Shown here in pieces: positions 26,003 through 37,083 of a DNA stretch of 64,000 nt. The stretch spans positions 11,219 to 75,218 of the forward strand of contig JBEKXN010000002.1 in the NCBI GenBank assembly GCA_049511835.1, given 5' to 3'. The stretch is from Verrucomicrobiota bacterium (GTDB lineage Bacteria > Verrucomicrobiota > Verrucomicrobiia > Limisphaerales > UBA11358). Made by a program: the position numbers and the translations under genes. Under the pieces are notes generated by a model. It was given only the letters and a program-made list of their open reading frames with translations, made no database searches and was not told the DNA's origin. Position 1 is the first letter of the stretch. Every line of letters begins with the position of its first letter.

Positions 26003-29002
26003 ATGAAAGCGACCCTTATCAAAGAGAAAAAATCGGTTGAGCCGTCGCCCCAGGTGCAAACCGCGCCGGGCAATTTGGAAAACCGGATCGGGGCCGAACC
26101 AACCTGCGAGCGTGACTTGTTGCGGACGCTGATTGACGGCCTGCCCGATAACATTTTCATCAAAGACCGGCAAAGCCGGTTTCTGATCAGCAATCTGGCG
26201 CACGTACGGACGTTGGGCGTGACCCGTCTCGACGAGGTGATTGGTAAAACCGACCTCGATATTTTTCCGCCGGAATTAGCCAATCGATATTATGGGGATG
26301 AACAGGCGCTGATGGAATCCGGCCAATCGCTGAATCGGGAAGAAATGGTGGTGAATCCGCGAACCGGCGAGAAGCGCTGGCTGCAAACCACGAAAGTGCC
26401 GCTGAGAGACAAGGAGGGGAAGGTCGTCGGGCTGATGGGCATCAACCGGGACATCACGGATCGGAAGCGGGCGGAAGAGGCGCTGGCCAGTGCGCATCGG
26501 CTGTTGGAAGCGATGCTGGACAACATTCCTGACCGGATTTATTTTAAAGACACCCAATGCCGGTTCGTTCAATGCAACCGGGCGGTTGCCAGGCGCGTGG
26601 GCGTGGAAGATCCCAAACAGGTCATCGGTAAAACGGACTTTGATTTTTACCCTCCGGAAAAGGCCGAGGAGTTCCGGAAGGATGATCAAAGGATTATGCA
26701 GAGCGGCGAGCCGTTGCTCAACAAGACCGAGCAGGTCATCAAGCCCAACGGCGAAATGACTTGGTCGTCCATTGCCAAAGTGCCGCTGCGAGACAGGGAA
26801 GGGAAAATCGTGGGTTTGGTGGGCATCAGCCGGGACATTACGGATCAGAAACGAGCGGAGGAGGTCCTGCGCCAATCGCGCGACGAACTGGAGAAACGGG
26901 TCGCCGAACGCACCGCTGAACTTTCACACGAACGCCTGCTGCTGCGAACGCTCATTGACAACCTGCCGGACGGCATCTACGCCAAGGACACCGCCGGCCG
27001 GAAGACGCTGGCCAATCCGGCTGACCTGAAAAACCTCCGCTGCAAAACCGAAGCCGAGGCGATCGGCAAAAGCGATTTCGATTTTTATCCGCACGACATT
27101 GCCGAAAAATTCCAAGCCGACGACCAGAGTGTAATTCAGGGCCAGCCGGTCATCAACCGGGAGGAGTATTTCTTCGACGGCGAGGGCCAGAAGCGCTGGT
27201 TGTTGACCAGCAAGCTGCCGTTGCACGATCAAAACGGAACAATCGTCGGTCTGGTGGGCATCGGCCGGGACATCACGGAACGTAAGCGGGCGGAAGAGAT
27301 GTTGGTCAGGGAACGCCTCCTGCTGCGGACGCTGATAGACAACCTGCCGGACGGCATTTACGCCAAGGACACCGCCGGCCGCAAGACCCTGGCCAATCCG
27401 GCCGACTTGAAGGTTATGGGGTGCAAGACGGAAGCCGAGGCCGTCGGCAAGAGCGATTTCGATTTCTTTCCCAAGGACATTGCCGAAAAATTTTGGGCCG
27501 ACGATCAAAAGGTGATTGAGGGCCAACCGGTCATCAACCGGGAGGAGTATTTCTTCAACGAAAAAGGCCGGAAATGTTGGTTGTTGACCAGCAAGCTGCC
27601 GTTGCGCGATCAGGACGAAAAGATCTTCGGCCTGGTGGGCATTGGCCGGGACATCACCGACCGGAAACTGACCGAAGCCAAGCTGGCTCATGAGCGCGAC
27701 CTGCTGAACACCCTCATGGACAACACGCCGGACCTTTTTTACTTCAAGGACCTTCAGTCGCGCTTCGTGCGGGTGAGCAAATCCACGCTGAAGTATTCAT
27801 TTGAATCGGCCCTGAAACGCCACCGCTCCAGTCACCAATCCCCTGACGCCGGGGAACTGCCACCGCACCTGGCCAGCCTGGAAGAGTTCAAAAAGTATCT
27901 GATTGGCAAAACGGATTTCGACGTCCTCGACGAGGAACGCGCCCGGTCGACATACAACGACGAGCAGGAGATCATCCGTACCGGCCAGCCCATCATCGGC
28001 AAACTCAGACGCACGACCATGCCCGACGGCACGGTTGGCTGGCGGATCACCAACAAGATGCCCTGGCGTGACAAGGACGGGAAGATCATCGGTACCTTCG
28101 GCACTGGCCGGGACATCACAGCCATCAAGGAAGCTGAAGCCAAGCTCGAGCAAAGCCACAAACAGCTTCTGGAAGTCTCGCGCCAGGCCGGGATGGCTGA
28201 AGTGGCCACCAGTGTCCTTCACAATGTCGGCAATGTGCTGAATAGCGTCAATGTCGCGTCCTCTTGTGTTGCCGACAGCCTCAGGAACTCCAAGGCAGCC
28301 AACCTGTCCAAAATTGTCGCTTTGCTGCGTGAGCACGAAGCGGACTTGGGCCATTTCATCGCCAATGATCCCAAAGGCAAACAGTTGCCCGGGTATCTGG
28401 CGCAACTGGCCGGGTATCTGGCTGGCGAACAAACCGACGCTTTGGATAAACTTGCCCGGCTGCAAAAGAACATCGAGCACATCCGGGAAATTGTTGCCAT
28501 GCAACAAAACTACGCGAAGGCTTCAGGTGTCCTTGAGTCGTTGCCCATTGTTGATCTGGTGGAAGACGCCGTTCGAATGAATGTCGGCTCACTGGAGCGT
28601 CATAATGTAAAGATGCTGCGCGAATATTCCGAAACGCCCCTGGTTTTGGTGGACAAGCACAAAGTGCTGCAAATTTTGGTGAACCTGATCAGCAATGCCA
28701 AACATGCCTGCAAAGATTCTGAAAAGCCGGACAAACAAATCACCCTGCGCGTGGCGAATGAAAAGGAACGGATCAAAATATCAGTCATTGATAACGGCGT
28801 CGGCATTCCCGCGGAAAATATGACCCGGATTTTCAATTACGGATTCACAACCAGAAAAGACGGCCACGGCTTCGGCCTTCACAATGGCGCCCTGGCCGCA
28901 AAAGAAATGGGCGGAAGCCTTGCCGCTTTCAGCGAAGGACCGGGGCGGGGAGCCACCTTTACGCTGGAACTGCCAATCCAGGGACAAAAGGCAAACGTAT
29001 GA
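26003..29002 (+). CDS. Multi-PAS sensor histidine kinase (cytoplasmic, about 6 PAS units)
   Basis: Repeated PAS blocks each ending GI(N/S/G)RDIT(D/E)(R/Q)K. DHp H-box [15 protein letters not shown] (His codon at 28220-28222). HATPase motifs DNGVGI and GHGFGL. Confidence 0.9.
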   Translation: MKATLIKEKKSVEPSPQVQTAPGNLENRIGAEPTCERDLLRTLIDGLPDNIFIKDRQSRFLISNLAHVRTLGVTRLDEVIGKTDLDIFPPELANRYYGDEQALMESGQSLNREEMVVNPRTGEKRWLQTTKVPLRDKEGKVVGLMGINRDITDRKRAEEALASAHRLLEAMLDNIPDRIYFKDTQCRFVQCNRAVARRVGVEDPKQVIGKTDFDFYPPEKAEEFRKDDQRIMQSGEPLLNKTEQVIKPNGEMTWSSIAKVPLRDREGKIVGLVGISRDITDQKRAEEVLRQSRDELEKRVAERTAELSHERLLLRTLIDNLPDGIYAKDTAGRKTLANPADLKNLRCKTEAEAIGKSDFDFYPHDIAEKFQADDQSVIQGQPVINREEYFFDGEGQKRWLLTSKLPLHDQNGTIVGLVGIGRDITERKRAEEMLVRERLLLRTLIDNLPDGIYAKDTAGRKTLANPADLKVMGCKTEAEAVGKSDFDFFPKDIAEKFWADDQKVIEGQPVINREEYFFNEKGRKCWLLTSKLPLRDQDEKIFGLVGIGRDITDRKLTEAKLAHERDLLNTLMDNTPDLFYFKDLQSRFVRVSKSTLKYSFESALKRHRSSHQSPDAGELPPHLASLEEFKKYLIGKTDFDVLDEERARSTYNDEQEIIRTGQPIIGKLRRTTMPDGTVGWRITNKMPWRDKDGKIIGTFGTGRDITAIKEAEAKLEQSHKQLLEVSRQAGMAEVATSVLHNVGNVLNSVNVASSCVADSLRNSKAANLSKIVALLREHEADLGHFIANDPKGKQLPGYLAQLAGYLAGEQTDALDKLARLQKNIEHIREIVAMQQNYAKASGVLESLPIVDLVEDAVRMNVGSLERHNVKMLREYSETPLVLVDKHKVLQILVNLISNAKHACKDSEKPDKQITLRVANEKERIKISVIDNGVGIPAENMTRIFNYGFTTRKDGHGFGLHNGALAAKEMGGSLAAFSEGPGRGATFTLELPIQGQKANV
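26930..27691. repeat. Internal tandem duplication of one PAS unit (2 x 381 bp)
   Basis: [34 protein letters not shown]...GIGRDIT occurs twice, starting at 26930 and 27311. Long stretches are nucleotide-identical. Confidence 0.85.
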
Positions 29003-30846
29003 ACGTCAACCCGGATAAAAATCATCGGATTCTGGTCATTGATGACAACAAGGCCATACACGAAGATTTTCGCGCAATCCTGACCAAGCCCAAAGCTCCG
29101 TCGCATGATATGGCCGAAGCTGAAGCCGCCTTGTTCGGCGACGCAATGCCGCAAATTGAATTTCCGGAATTCCAGATTAATTCCGCGTTTCAGGGGCAGG
29201 AGGGGTTGGATTTAATCGAGAAAAGCCTTCAGGAAAATCAGCCTTACGCCATGGCCTTCGTGGATGTTCGCATGCCGCCCGGATGGGACGGCGTTGAAAC
29301 CACGGCAAAAATCTGGCAAAAGTACCCCGATCTGCAAGTCGTTATTTGCACCGCCTATTCGGATTATTCGTGGGAAGAAATGTTGAAAAAACTCGGCTAT
29401 TCCGACCGGTTGGTCATTCTGAAAAAGCCGTTCGATAATATCGAAGTTTTGCAACTGGCCATTTCCATGACTGAAAAGTGGCGGCTCTATAATCAGGCCA
29501 AGCTCCGGTTGGAAGATCTGGAAAAAATGGTCCAGGAACGCACCGTCCAACTGGAAGCCACCAACAACGAACTGGTTGCCGCCAATCGACTGTTGATGAT
29601 AGCGACGGAAAAAACGCAGAAAATGGCCCAAGCCGCGCTGGTCGCCACCGAGGCCAAAAGCGAATTCCTCGCCAACATGAGTCATGAAATCCGCACTCCC
29701 ATGAACGGCGTCATCGGCATGATCAATCTGTTGCTCGATACGCCGCTGGCGCCCGAACAGCGCGAGTTCGCCAATACAATAAAAATTAGCGCCGACAGTC
29801 TGTTGTCCATCATCAATGACATCCTCGACTTTTCAAAAATTGAAGCGGGCAAGATGACCATTGAAAAAGTGGATTTTGACCTGGGCGAGACGGTGAAAAA
29901 TTCCATCGTGCTGCTCCAGCCGCGGGCAAAAGACAAAGGGCTGGCCCTGCATTATGCAATCCATCAAGACGTTCACACCCGCCTCGTGGGCGATCCCACG
30001 CGGCTTCGGCAAATCCTGCTTAACCTGTTCAACAACGCCATCAAATTCACCGATCGGGGCGAGGTCTTTCTGGAAGTCGCGCAACTCAGCGAAAAGGATG
30101 GAGAAACTGAATTGCGTTTTTCCGTCCGCGACACCGGCATCGGAATGTCGGAAGAAGTTCGGAAAAAATTATTTCAATCCTTCACGCAAGCGGACTCGTC
30201 CACGACCCGCCGGTTCGGCGGCACGGGTTTGGGGCTGGCCATTTGCCGCAAGTTGGTTGAATTGATGGGCGGATCCATCAACGTCACCAGCGATCCGGGC
30301 AAAGGTTCAACCTTCTGGTTCACCCTTCCATTCGCGAAACAAAAACCGCACGACCTGGTGAGTGATGGATCAATTGCCCAGCCGGAATCTACCAACGGCG
30401 CCGATGCGATGGCAGGTTCCGCTGCGCCAAACAGCCCCCGTGTTCTTTTGGCTGAAGACAATAAAATCAACCAGTTGGTTGGGGTGAAGCAGCTCCAAAA
30501 ACTTGGTTACGATGTGGATGTCGCGCGTAACGGGCTTGAAGCGGTGGAAGCCTGGAAACGGGACAAATACAGCGTCATTCTGATGGATTGCCATATGCCG
30601 GAGATGGACGGATATGAGGCCACTCGAAAAATTCGTAAATTGGAAGCAGAGCAAAATTTGCCACACGCGCGAATCATTGCGTTGACGGCCAGCGTGATGA
30701 AAGAGGACCGTGAACTTTGCCTGGCCGCGGGCATGGACGATTACATTGCCAAGCCGGTGGACACCGGCGAATTAAAAGGCTTGCTTGAAAAAGCAACCCC
30801 GCGCCGGACAGATATTAATTGTGCGTTGAAACCATCCAATCAATGA
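28999..30846 (+). CDS. Hybrid histidine kinase with receivers at both ends (REC-HisKA-HATPase-REC)
   Basis: ATGA overlap with the upstream kinase. N-terminal receiver [14 protein letters not shown]...[11 protein letters not shown]-box [13 protein letters not shown]. HATPase motifs DTGIGM and GTGLGLAI. C-terminal receiver [11 protein letters not shown]...[10 protein letters not shown]. Confidence 0.9.
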   Translation: MNVNPDKNHRILVIDDNKAIHEDFRAILTKPKAPSHDMAEAEAALFGDAMPQIEFPEFQINSAFQGQEGLDLIEKSLQENQPYAMAFVDVRMPPGWDGVETTAKIWQKYPDLQVVICTAYSDYSWEEMLKKLGYSDRLVILKKPFDNIEVLQLAISMTEKWRLYNQAKLRLEDLEKMVQERTVQLEATNNELVAANRLLMIATEKTQKMAQAALVATEAKSEFLANMSHEIRTPMNGVIGMINLLLDTPLAPEQREFANTIKISADSLLSIINDILDFSKIEAGKMTIEKVDFDLGETVKNSIVLLQPRAKDKGLALHYAIHQDVHTRLVGDPTRLRQILLNLFNNAIKFTDRGEVFLEVAQLSEKDGETELRFSVRDTGIGMSEEVRKKLFQSFTQADSSTTRRFGGTGLGLAICRKLVELMGGSINVTSDPGKGSTFWFTLPFAKQKPHDLVSDGSIAQPESTNGADAMAGSAAPNSPRVLLAEDNKINQLVGVKQLQKLGYDVDVARNGLEAVEAWKRDKYSVILMDCHMPEMDGYEATRKIRKLEAEQNLPHARIIALTASVMKEDRELCLAAGMDDYIAKPVDTGELKGLLEKATPRRTDINCALKPSNQ

Positions 30847-31003
30847 CCAGCGAATGTGGCAACCCATAGTTTGGCTTCCCCAGCCCGCCACAAGTCAGTA
30901 TTCCGATGAGGAGATGTTGGAAGTCGTTTCCCATTGAACCGGTAAAAATTTCCATTCGCAAATTGGCCGAACGCGGCTGGATTTCCAGCGCGTTCGCTGA
31001 GGA

Positions 31004-31067
31004 ATGAAAAAATACTGGCACGTCATCGGCATCGGGATCCAGAACAACCTGACGTATCGCGTCAATT
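31004..31067 (+). pseudogene. Orphan 5' fragment of the ABC-2 permease gene (direct repeat of 33687-33750)
   Basis: 64 bp with one mismatch to the start of the permease gene at 33687 (atgaaaaaatactggcacgtcatcggcatcggga...gtcaatt). Weaker similarity extends about 55 bp upstream of both copies. Confidence 0.85.
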
Positions 31068-31079
31068 CTTTGGCACAGT

Positions 31080-33458
31080 TCACGGACCGAGCGCGGCGCG
31101 GTAAAAGCGAAAACGATAAACTGCGGAGTTCGGATCGGTGAAATCGTAAATGCCGGCGCTGTTGGTCAGTATCGGCGTCCAAGTAGAAAAATTGGTTGTG
31201 GCTTGAATGAGGTTGGTCTGACCCCCAATTCCGAAAAGCCGCATTCGAAACAGGCCGTTGGTCGCGAAGAGGGGGCTGATTTGCGGCGTGTCGAAATTCT
31301 TCTGCTCGTTCCAGCGCGCGATGTAGAACGATGGCTTGTCACCCATCATTCGGAAACTTCCGCTGGCATAAAGGCTGTTGCCCAAAACACCGAGACCAGA
31401 GATGGAGGGGTTGCTCAGACCGGGATAAGTGGCACCGTTGCCGAGCGCGGACCAATTTGTGCCGTCCCATTTGGCGATGCGATTAACCGGTGTGCCGCCC
31501 ATGTTGGTGAACGTGCCGCCGGCGTAAAGATTCCCGCCCATGGTCGCCAGTCCGTTGATAACGCCGCTGCCAACCAGCCCGCTGCCAAGATTCGTCCAGT
31601 AATTGCCATTCCACAGGGCAATCTTGCTGGCCGCCACGCCGCCGGCATTCGTGAACTGTCCGGCAACATACAAATTGGTGCTGATGACGGCCATGGTGGT
31701 GACGTTGCTGCTAAGTCCCGTGCCCATTACCCATCCATAGGTGCCGTCGAAGCGCATGATATTGTTGCAGCCGACGTAGCCGGAAGGGGGATTGGTATAT
31801 TCACCGAGGTAGAAATAGCCGCCGATGAAAATGTTGGTGCCGATGCAGGCCAACGCGGCCATGCCAAGGTTGGGACCAATAGAAGTTTCCCAATCGGTAT
31901 AAGGCGGAAAGTTGATGGCAACACCCTGCCAGCTCGAACCGTCCCAACGGGAGAAAAACGGGGTGTTGTAATAGCTGACATTGTAAAACGGCGCGCCCAC
32001 CGCATAAACGCCGTTCGAGCGGACGAGAAGGGAAGCCACCACGCCGCCGGGCCCGCTGCCCATCGCGGACCAGTTTGTCCCGTTCCAGGAAGCGATGTTG
32101 GTTACCGGCACACCGCCGGCGTTTGTGAAATAGCCGCCGGCATAAACGTAATTATTGGTGAGGGCGATGGTGAGAATACCGCTGCCGATGGGGCCGCTGA
32201 TGACGCTTGACCCGCTGATGCCGGTGCCGAGCGGATACCAATTCGTGCCGTCGAAGCGGCCGATCAGGTTCACGTTGGTTTGTCCCGCCCAATAAAACGA
32301 GCTTCCGCCTGTGTATAAATTTGTCCCATTGCCAGCCAAAGCCCGGACGGAGGCATAAATGCCATTGATTTGGCCGGCGGTGCCAACGGCATTCCAATTC
32401 GTGCCGTCCCAAGCTGTAAGGCCGTTCATCAATTTGTTGCCTGCTGTAAGAAAATTACCGCCCACATACAGATTGGCTCCGGCAGGATACACCCGCCCCC
32501 CTTGCGCGCTCAATCCGCTGCCGGCGCCAGCCCAAGAGACACCGTTCCACACAGCGAAACGCGATGCGCCGACACTTCCAGCATTCGTAAATGATCCTGT
32601 GGCGCAAATGAGATTGTTGAAAACGGCGATGCTTTGCGCCCCGCTGTTGAAACCGTTCCCAACCAGCGACCAATTTGCCCCATCCCACTTGGCCACTCCG
32701 GAATACGGTGACGACCCGAACAGGCCGCCAGCATACAAATTGCTGCCGTTCAGCATCAGCGAAGTCACGGTGCTGTTAAGACCGCTGCCTAATGCCGACC
32801 AACTCACGCCATCCCAACGCGCCACATTGCTGACCAGCAACGACCCGGCGTTAGTGAACGAGCCTCCGGCATAGACGATGCCGTTGGTGACGGCCAACGC
32901 CCCTACCTGATCAAAATTGGTACCCAACCCGCTACCCAGCACCGACCATGTGCTGCCGTCCCAGCGGCCGATCCGATTCATCGCCAGGCCATCGGCATTG
33001 GTGGTGAAGTAACCGGCCGCATAAAGGTTCCCGCCATCCACCGCCAGGGCGTAAACCGCGCCATTTAAACTGACACTGCTCCAGGTGTTGCCGTCCCACT
33101 TCGCCAAACAGGTCGCCGCCACACCATTCACGTTGGTGAAAACGCCCCCCGCATAAAGCGTGTCACCGACGAAAGCCAGATCATATATCACGGTTATCGG
33201 CGGCCCCGAGAACTGACCGATGCTTGACCATTGCGCGCCATCCCAGACCTGCACCGTCGTATTGGTGTTTGAAACGCCCGTTCCACTGACATAAAGCCGG
33301 CCGTTGTGGGTTGTGACGGCAAGAATGAATCCGCCCGGACCCGGCCAGCCGAACTGCGCGTCCCAATGCTCATCGCCCGGAACTGCGTGCGACGAAAACG
33401 TCGAGAGGAGAAAAACCGCCATACAGCCTGTGTGAGCGAAAGAAATAAACTTTTTCAT
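31080..33458 (-). CDS. Secreted beta-propeller repeat protein (Kelch-like W-x-G/LYAGG-F repeats)
   Basis: Start moved to ATG 33458 (MKKFISFAHTGCMAVFLLSTFSSHA signal peptide). About 14 repeats follow the pattern (I)A.W(D/N)G..WS.LG.G..G.V.AL....LY.GG.FT.AGG. The C-terminal ...FYRAAL type domain is common in PVC secreted proteins. Confidence 0.8.
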   Translation of the reverse strand: MKKFISFAHTGCMAVFLLSTFSSHAVPGDEHWDAQFGWPGPGGFILAVTTHNGRLYVSGTGVSNTNTTVQVWDGAQWSSIGQFSGPPITVIYDLAFVGDTLYAGGVFTNVNGVAATCLAKWDGNTWSSVSLNGAVYALAVDGGNLYAAGYFTTNADGLAMNRIGRWDGSTWSVLGSGLGTNFDQVGALAVTNGIVYAGGSFTNAGSLLVSNVARWDGVSWSALGSGLNSTVTSLMLNGSNLYAGGLFGSSPYSGVAKWDGANWSLVGNGFNSGAQSIAVFNNLICATGSFTNAGSVGASRFAVWNGVSWAGAGSGLSAQGGRVYPAGANLYVGGNFLTAGNKLMNGLTAWDGTNWNAVGTAGQINGIYASVRALAGNGTNLYTGGSSFYWAGQTNVNLIGRFDGTNWYPLGTGISGSSVISGPIGSGILTIALTNNYVYAGGYFTNAGGVPVTNIASWNGTNWSAMGSGPGGVVASLLVRSNGVYAVGAPFYNVSYYNTPFFSRWDGSSWQGVAINFPPYTDWETSIGPNLGMAALACIGTNIFIGGYFYLGEYTNPPSGYVGCNNIMRFDGTYGWVMGTGLSSNVTTMAVISTNLYVAGQFTNAGGVAASKIALWNGNYWTNLGSGLVGSGVINGLATMGGNLYAGGTFTNMGGTPVNRIAKWDGTNWSALGNGATYPGLSNPSISGLGVLGNSLYASGSFRMMGDKPSFYIARWNEQKNFDTPQISPLFATNGLFRMRLFGIGGQTNLIQATTNFSTWTPILTNSAGIYDFTDPNSAVYRFRFYRAALGP

Positions 33459-33686
33459 CTGATTATCCCGGGTCTGAAACGCCATCATGATAGCCGGGAC
33501 ATAGTCATAAGGCAAGCTTTTTTCGCCGATGCATCGTTTTACTTTCTCCTTCGCACTCCAGCCAATCACGACTCCTAACCACCAGCTTCAGCCTGCGCCT
33601 CCTCGCTTTTGAAAGTCGCGGCGGCAATTTACCCGCCTGTTTTCATTCGCAATTTGCCGTTGCGTGGATAAATTTTGCCTGCGCGA

Positions 33687-34493
33687 ATGAAAAAATACTG
33701 GCACGTCATCGGCATCGGGATTCAGAACAACCTGACGTATCGCGTCAATTACCTGACGCGAACGCTGTTCAGCTTCATCCCGCTGTTCGCCATGCTGTCA
33801 CTCTGGCGCACGATTTACGCGGGGAAAGAGCAGGGGAGCGCCCTCGGCGGTTACACCCAGGCGCAGATGATTTTTTATTACCTCATGGTCGCCGTGGTGG
33901 ACGTGCTGACGGCGGTGAACGAGGATGACTGGCAGATCGCGGCGGACATCCGGGAAGGCAACATCAGCCAGTTCCTGCTCAAGCCGATTGATTATCTGCG
34001 GTACCGGCTGTGCCTGTTTTTATCCGGGCGCATCACGTTCATCGCCATGGCGGGCGTGCCGCTGGCCGTGTTCATCTTCTGCTTTCGCGAATATTTTGTC
34101 GGCCCGGCAAACGCAACGGCGCTGCCCGCTTTTGTGATTTCGCTGGTGCTGACGGCGCTGCTGCAATTTTTCATTTCCTACACGATGGCCATGCTGGCGT
34201 TCTGGCTGCTGGAAATTTCCACGTTCATCTTCATCCTGTTCGCGCTCGAATATCTCGCCAGCGGCCATTTGTTCCCGCTTGACCTGTTGCCGCCGGTCAT
34301 CGGGCACGCGCTCTTTTTCACGCCGTTTCCGTCCATGCTTTACGTTCCCATCGCCATTTACATGGGCAAAATAGCCGGGACCGCCATCTGGTTCGGTTTG
34401 CTGGTGCAATTGCTGTGGCTGCTGCTGGCGTATGTCGCCGCCCGGTTTATGTGGCGGCGCGGCGTGAAAAAATACTCGGCTTTTGGAGGATGA
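33687..34493 (+). CDS. ABC-2 type transporter permease (ABC2_membrane_6-like)
   Basis: Start at ATG 33687. Six predicted TM helices and an N-terminal LTYRVNYL motif. Paralogous in layout to 37084-37905. Confidence 0.65.
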   Translation: MKKYWHVIGIGIQNNLTYRVNYLTRTLFSFIPLFAMLSLWRTIYAGKEQGSALGGYTQAQMIFYYLMVAVVDVLTAVNEDDWQIAADIREGNISQFLLKPIDYLRYRLCLFLSGRITFIAMAGVPLAVFIFCFREYFVGPANATALPAFVISLVLTALLQFFISYTMAMLAFWLLEISTFIFILFALEYLASGHLFPLDLLPPVIGHALFFTPFPSMLYVPIAIYMGKIAGTAIWFGLLVQLLWLLLAYVAARFMWRRGVKKYSAFGG

Positions 34494-34498
34494 CGGGC

Positions 34499-34526
34499 TG
34501 AGTTGAAAGTTGGGGGTTGAGAGTTG
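34499..34526. repeat. GTTGA(A/G)AGTTG motif, tandem, 6 bp after the permease stop
   Basis: gagttgaaagttgggggttgagagttg. The same motif lies at 37918-37930 and, reverse-complemented, in recJ at 10401-10436. Confidence 0.7.
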
Positions 34527-34909
34527 AAAGCCAGCAACTGTCGCCGATGCTGTCCGCCAAGACTCACATCCGCGGACAGTTTTTTAATCCGCCACCGAAT
34601 TATTTGCGGGAGATGTCGTCCCGATGGAGCTTGGATTTTTTGCTTTCGTTTTCGACAAAGATGTCGGGCCGGCAGTGCGGGGGTGCGGCTGAATTGAAAC
34701 TTCCAAAAAACTCTCGACACGGTTCGAAAACGGGTGTATTCAGAAAACAGTTGGGGAAATCCGGGCTTCAAAGTGCTGTGATGTTTGGCTGTCTTCTTAG
34801 GGACTCGTGGTTTTCTGTTGGTGCAGGTTCATTCCAATTGCCTGAAAGAATTGGACGTCAACAAACCTTCACGAAAGCGAGGTCCAGAATAAAACCATGG
34901 AATAATTTT

Positions 34910-36922
34910 ATGAAAAGGCCATTTGATTTGATGATTGTTCTCGGTGTCATTTTTCTTACCGCATCATGCGCTACTGATACTGAGAGAAAGATTTACAAAA
35001 CGACAGCAGAACTGAATGATGTCGAGAAATCACTGAATTATTGGGGAAAGGTCGCGATGTCCGAGCCGGTGTTCATTGAAAATAAAGGCCAGTTCAAAGT
35101 TGCCTTTAATGAGGATGCGACCAATTATGTTCAAGCGGCGCGAAGTAACATCAGCGGGGCTTCCCGTTCTGCCTTGGAGACAAGTCTGTATCTGGGTTTG
35201 GCTTTACAGGGCCAGGTTACTCCGCCAATTTCCACCAGTTTAGCTGCCAGTTCAAATTCCACCAATCAATCCGGTGGAGCGAGTTTGCCAAATCAGGCCG
35301 GAGGCGCCTTAAACGCTTTCACGCCACTGCTTGCTTCGGGCGCGCTTGCGCCTGCGATTGATGAACGGCAGGCGGTGCAAAAGGGAATCAATGACAAAAT
35401 AGCCGAGCAACTTCTCGCGTTTATGGCTAATCCAAGTGTCAGCAACAGTGAGCAACAAATTGTTTTTGGAGTCATGCAAATCACCTGCCAGCCGGGACAG
35501 AATACCAAGCATGGATATTTGGCGGATTTGAATGTTTCACTGGGTTATGGGCGTATCCCGGATACAAATTCTCCCTATAAAGAAGATACGGACGGCTTTC
35601 TAGACAGGGACGGCATTCAGGAGAATACGAATTGTTCCCCGGGTATTTTTGCCGTCTTACCACTCGTGGACAGCAGGAATGTCGAGTTACAGAACAGCGA
35701 CCGAAGTCAAATCGAATTGGCATCCGCATTATCAGTGGCCTTCGCGGCAAAGGGGATAAATGCGGCTGCCAAGAGCCTGTCAGACTATGTCAAGCGGCAG
35801 GAATCGGATATGGAGACACGCAATTCACTTCCCGTTGTGACTTCTTATACCGACGGTTCGACTTTTGGGTTTCAGATTTATCCATCGTTTCAAGCCATTG
35901 AAAATCCCAGCAAAGCCAAATCGGCAGACGATGTTTTGGAACCCATTACTTTTCCCGCCGTCGTTGCCATCATCATTAATAAGGAAGCTTACTACTATAC
36001 AACAACAGATTACTCAACGAATTACTATACAACGAATCATGATGAAATAATAACGAATCGTATCGAAGTAACGCCCGGTAATCGTTTAAAAAATCCCTGG
36101 AATTATCTGGTGACCGAATCAGAGACGCGTTGGATTCCCTTTAAACATCCATACTTTGTAAATCATTCGCCTTTTGACAGATTTTTAATGGATAGCTGGC
36201 TTTTCAAGCGTTTGACGGATCCCTCACTTTCTGATCGAGTCAGACGAGCCCAGTTGATTGGCAAAGCAACTGATGCCCTGGACTCGTTGGCTACAAATAA
36301 AATGGTTAGTGATCAACATGAATATCAATTTCAATGTGACCAATTAAAGATCGCGCGTGATTCATTAGAAACGACCGCCTTGGGTCTTCAAGTGGAAAGA
36401 CCTCTGCCTAGTGATCTCGGTGATCTTTTTACGGGCGATGGCAAGACAAACAAACCTAGTATTACAGATGTATTTCCCCATGCCGTCTGGCGTGACACGA
36501 ACACAACGTTCACCATCATTCTCAAAGGGGTGACAAGCAGTGATATTACTGACGTCAACATCGCTGGAGTAAGCTGTCAGGCAAACAGTTCTTATTCTTA
36601 TACTGAGGGCACCAATAGTGGCGTTGTCCTTAATGTGACACTGCCAAATATATTTTACAACACCGCCAACGCTTCCAACACCGTCGAATTCGTCGTCTTG
36701 GCCAAAAATCAACCGCCCATCAGCAAAGTGTTCACTATGCCACTGCAAGGTAAAATTGCCCCTGAAGCGATCGCCACCGTCAACCGGGACACTTCTGGAA
36801 AAGTGTCCGGTCTGGATATTAAACCGGGGCAAAATTTGACGGAGCAGCAACTATTGGATGCGATCAAGGACGTTCTTGAAAAAAGCGAGCCGGTTCCCAT
36901 AACAACCACCATTATCAAATAA
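34910..36922 (+). CDS. Orphan probable lipoprotein, 670 aa, AT-rich
   Basis: Start moved to ATG 34910 (MKRPFDLMIVLGVIFLTASC, signal peptide with Cys). It is clearly AT-richer than its flanks by eye. Contains Ser/Thr/Asn-rich low-complexity stretches. No family recognised. Confidence 0.7.
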   Translation: MKRPFDLMIVLGVIFLTASCATDTERKIYKTTAELNDVEKSLNYWGKVAMSEPVFIENKGQFKVAFNEDATNYVQAARSNISGASRSALETSLYLGLALQGQVTPPISTSLAASSNSTNQSGGASLPNQAGGALNAFTPLLASGALAPAIDERQAVQKGINDKIAEQLLAFMANPSVSNSEQQIVFGVMQITCQPGQNTKHGYLADLNVSLGYGRIPDTNSPYKEDTDGFLDRDGIQENTNCSPGIFAVLPLVDSRNVELQNSDRSQIELASALSVAFAAKGINAAAKSLSDYVKRQESDMETRNSLPVVTSYTDGSTFGFQIYPSFQAIENPSKAKSADDVLEPITFPAVVAIIINKEAYYYTTTDYSTNYYTTNHDEIITNRIEVTPGNRLKNPWNYLVTESETRWIPFKHPYFVNHSPFDRFLMDSWLFKRLTDPSLSDRVRRAQLIGKATDALDSLATNKMVSDQHEYQFQCDQLKIARDSLETTALGLQVERPLPSDLGDLFTGDGKTNKPSITDVFPHAVWRDTNTTFTIILKGVTSSDITDVNIAGVSCQANSSYSYTEGTNSGVVLNVTLPNIFYNTANASNTVEFVVLAKNQPPISKVFTMPLQGKIAPEAIATVNRDTSGKVSGLDIKPGQNLTEQQLLDAIKDVLEKSEPVPITTTIIK

Positions 36923-37083
36923 ATTGTTCCGCAAAAAAAGTGATATAAAAACAATCCCGGAGACGAAGAATATATCAACTTTGCTGGTTGTTCTCAGATG
37001 TGGAGCAGCCGGTTTTGGGCATTCATAAAATTCATTGGCAAGGATGATGCGCGCCGGCTAACTTGTATCGTATCTCATCTTGA

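Noticed and set aside
30846-31003. Possible 3' remnant of an ABC ATPase gene upstream of the duplicated permease start, based on the ATGA junction.
   Set aside because: The in-frame peptide (…PIEPVKISIRKLAERGWISSAFAEE) has no Walker or ABC-signature features, and a stop lies 46 codons upstream. This is insufficient to call a pseudogene.
34517-34909. ORF-track N-terminal 131 aa of the 801-aa ORF.
   Set aside because: The region is made of dispersed repeats and has no signal peptide. A good signal peptide with Cys starts at ATG 34910, where the composition also shifts to AT-rich.
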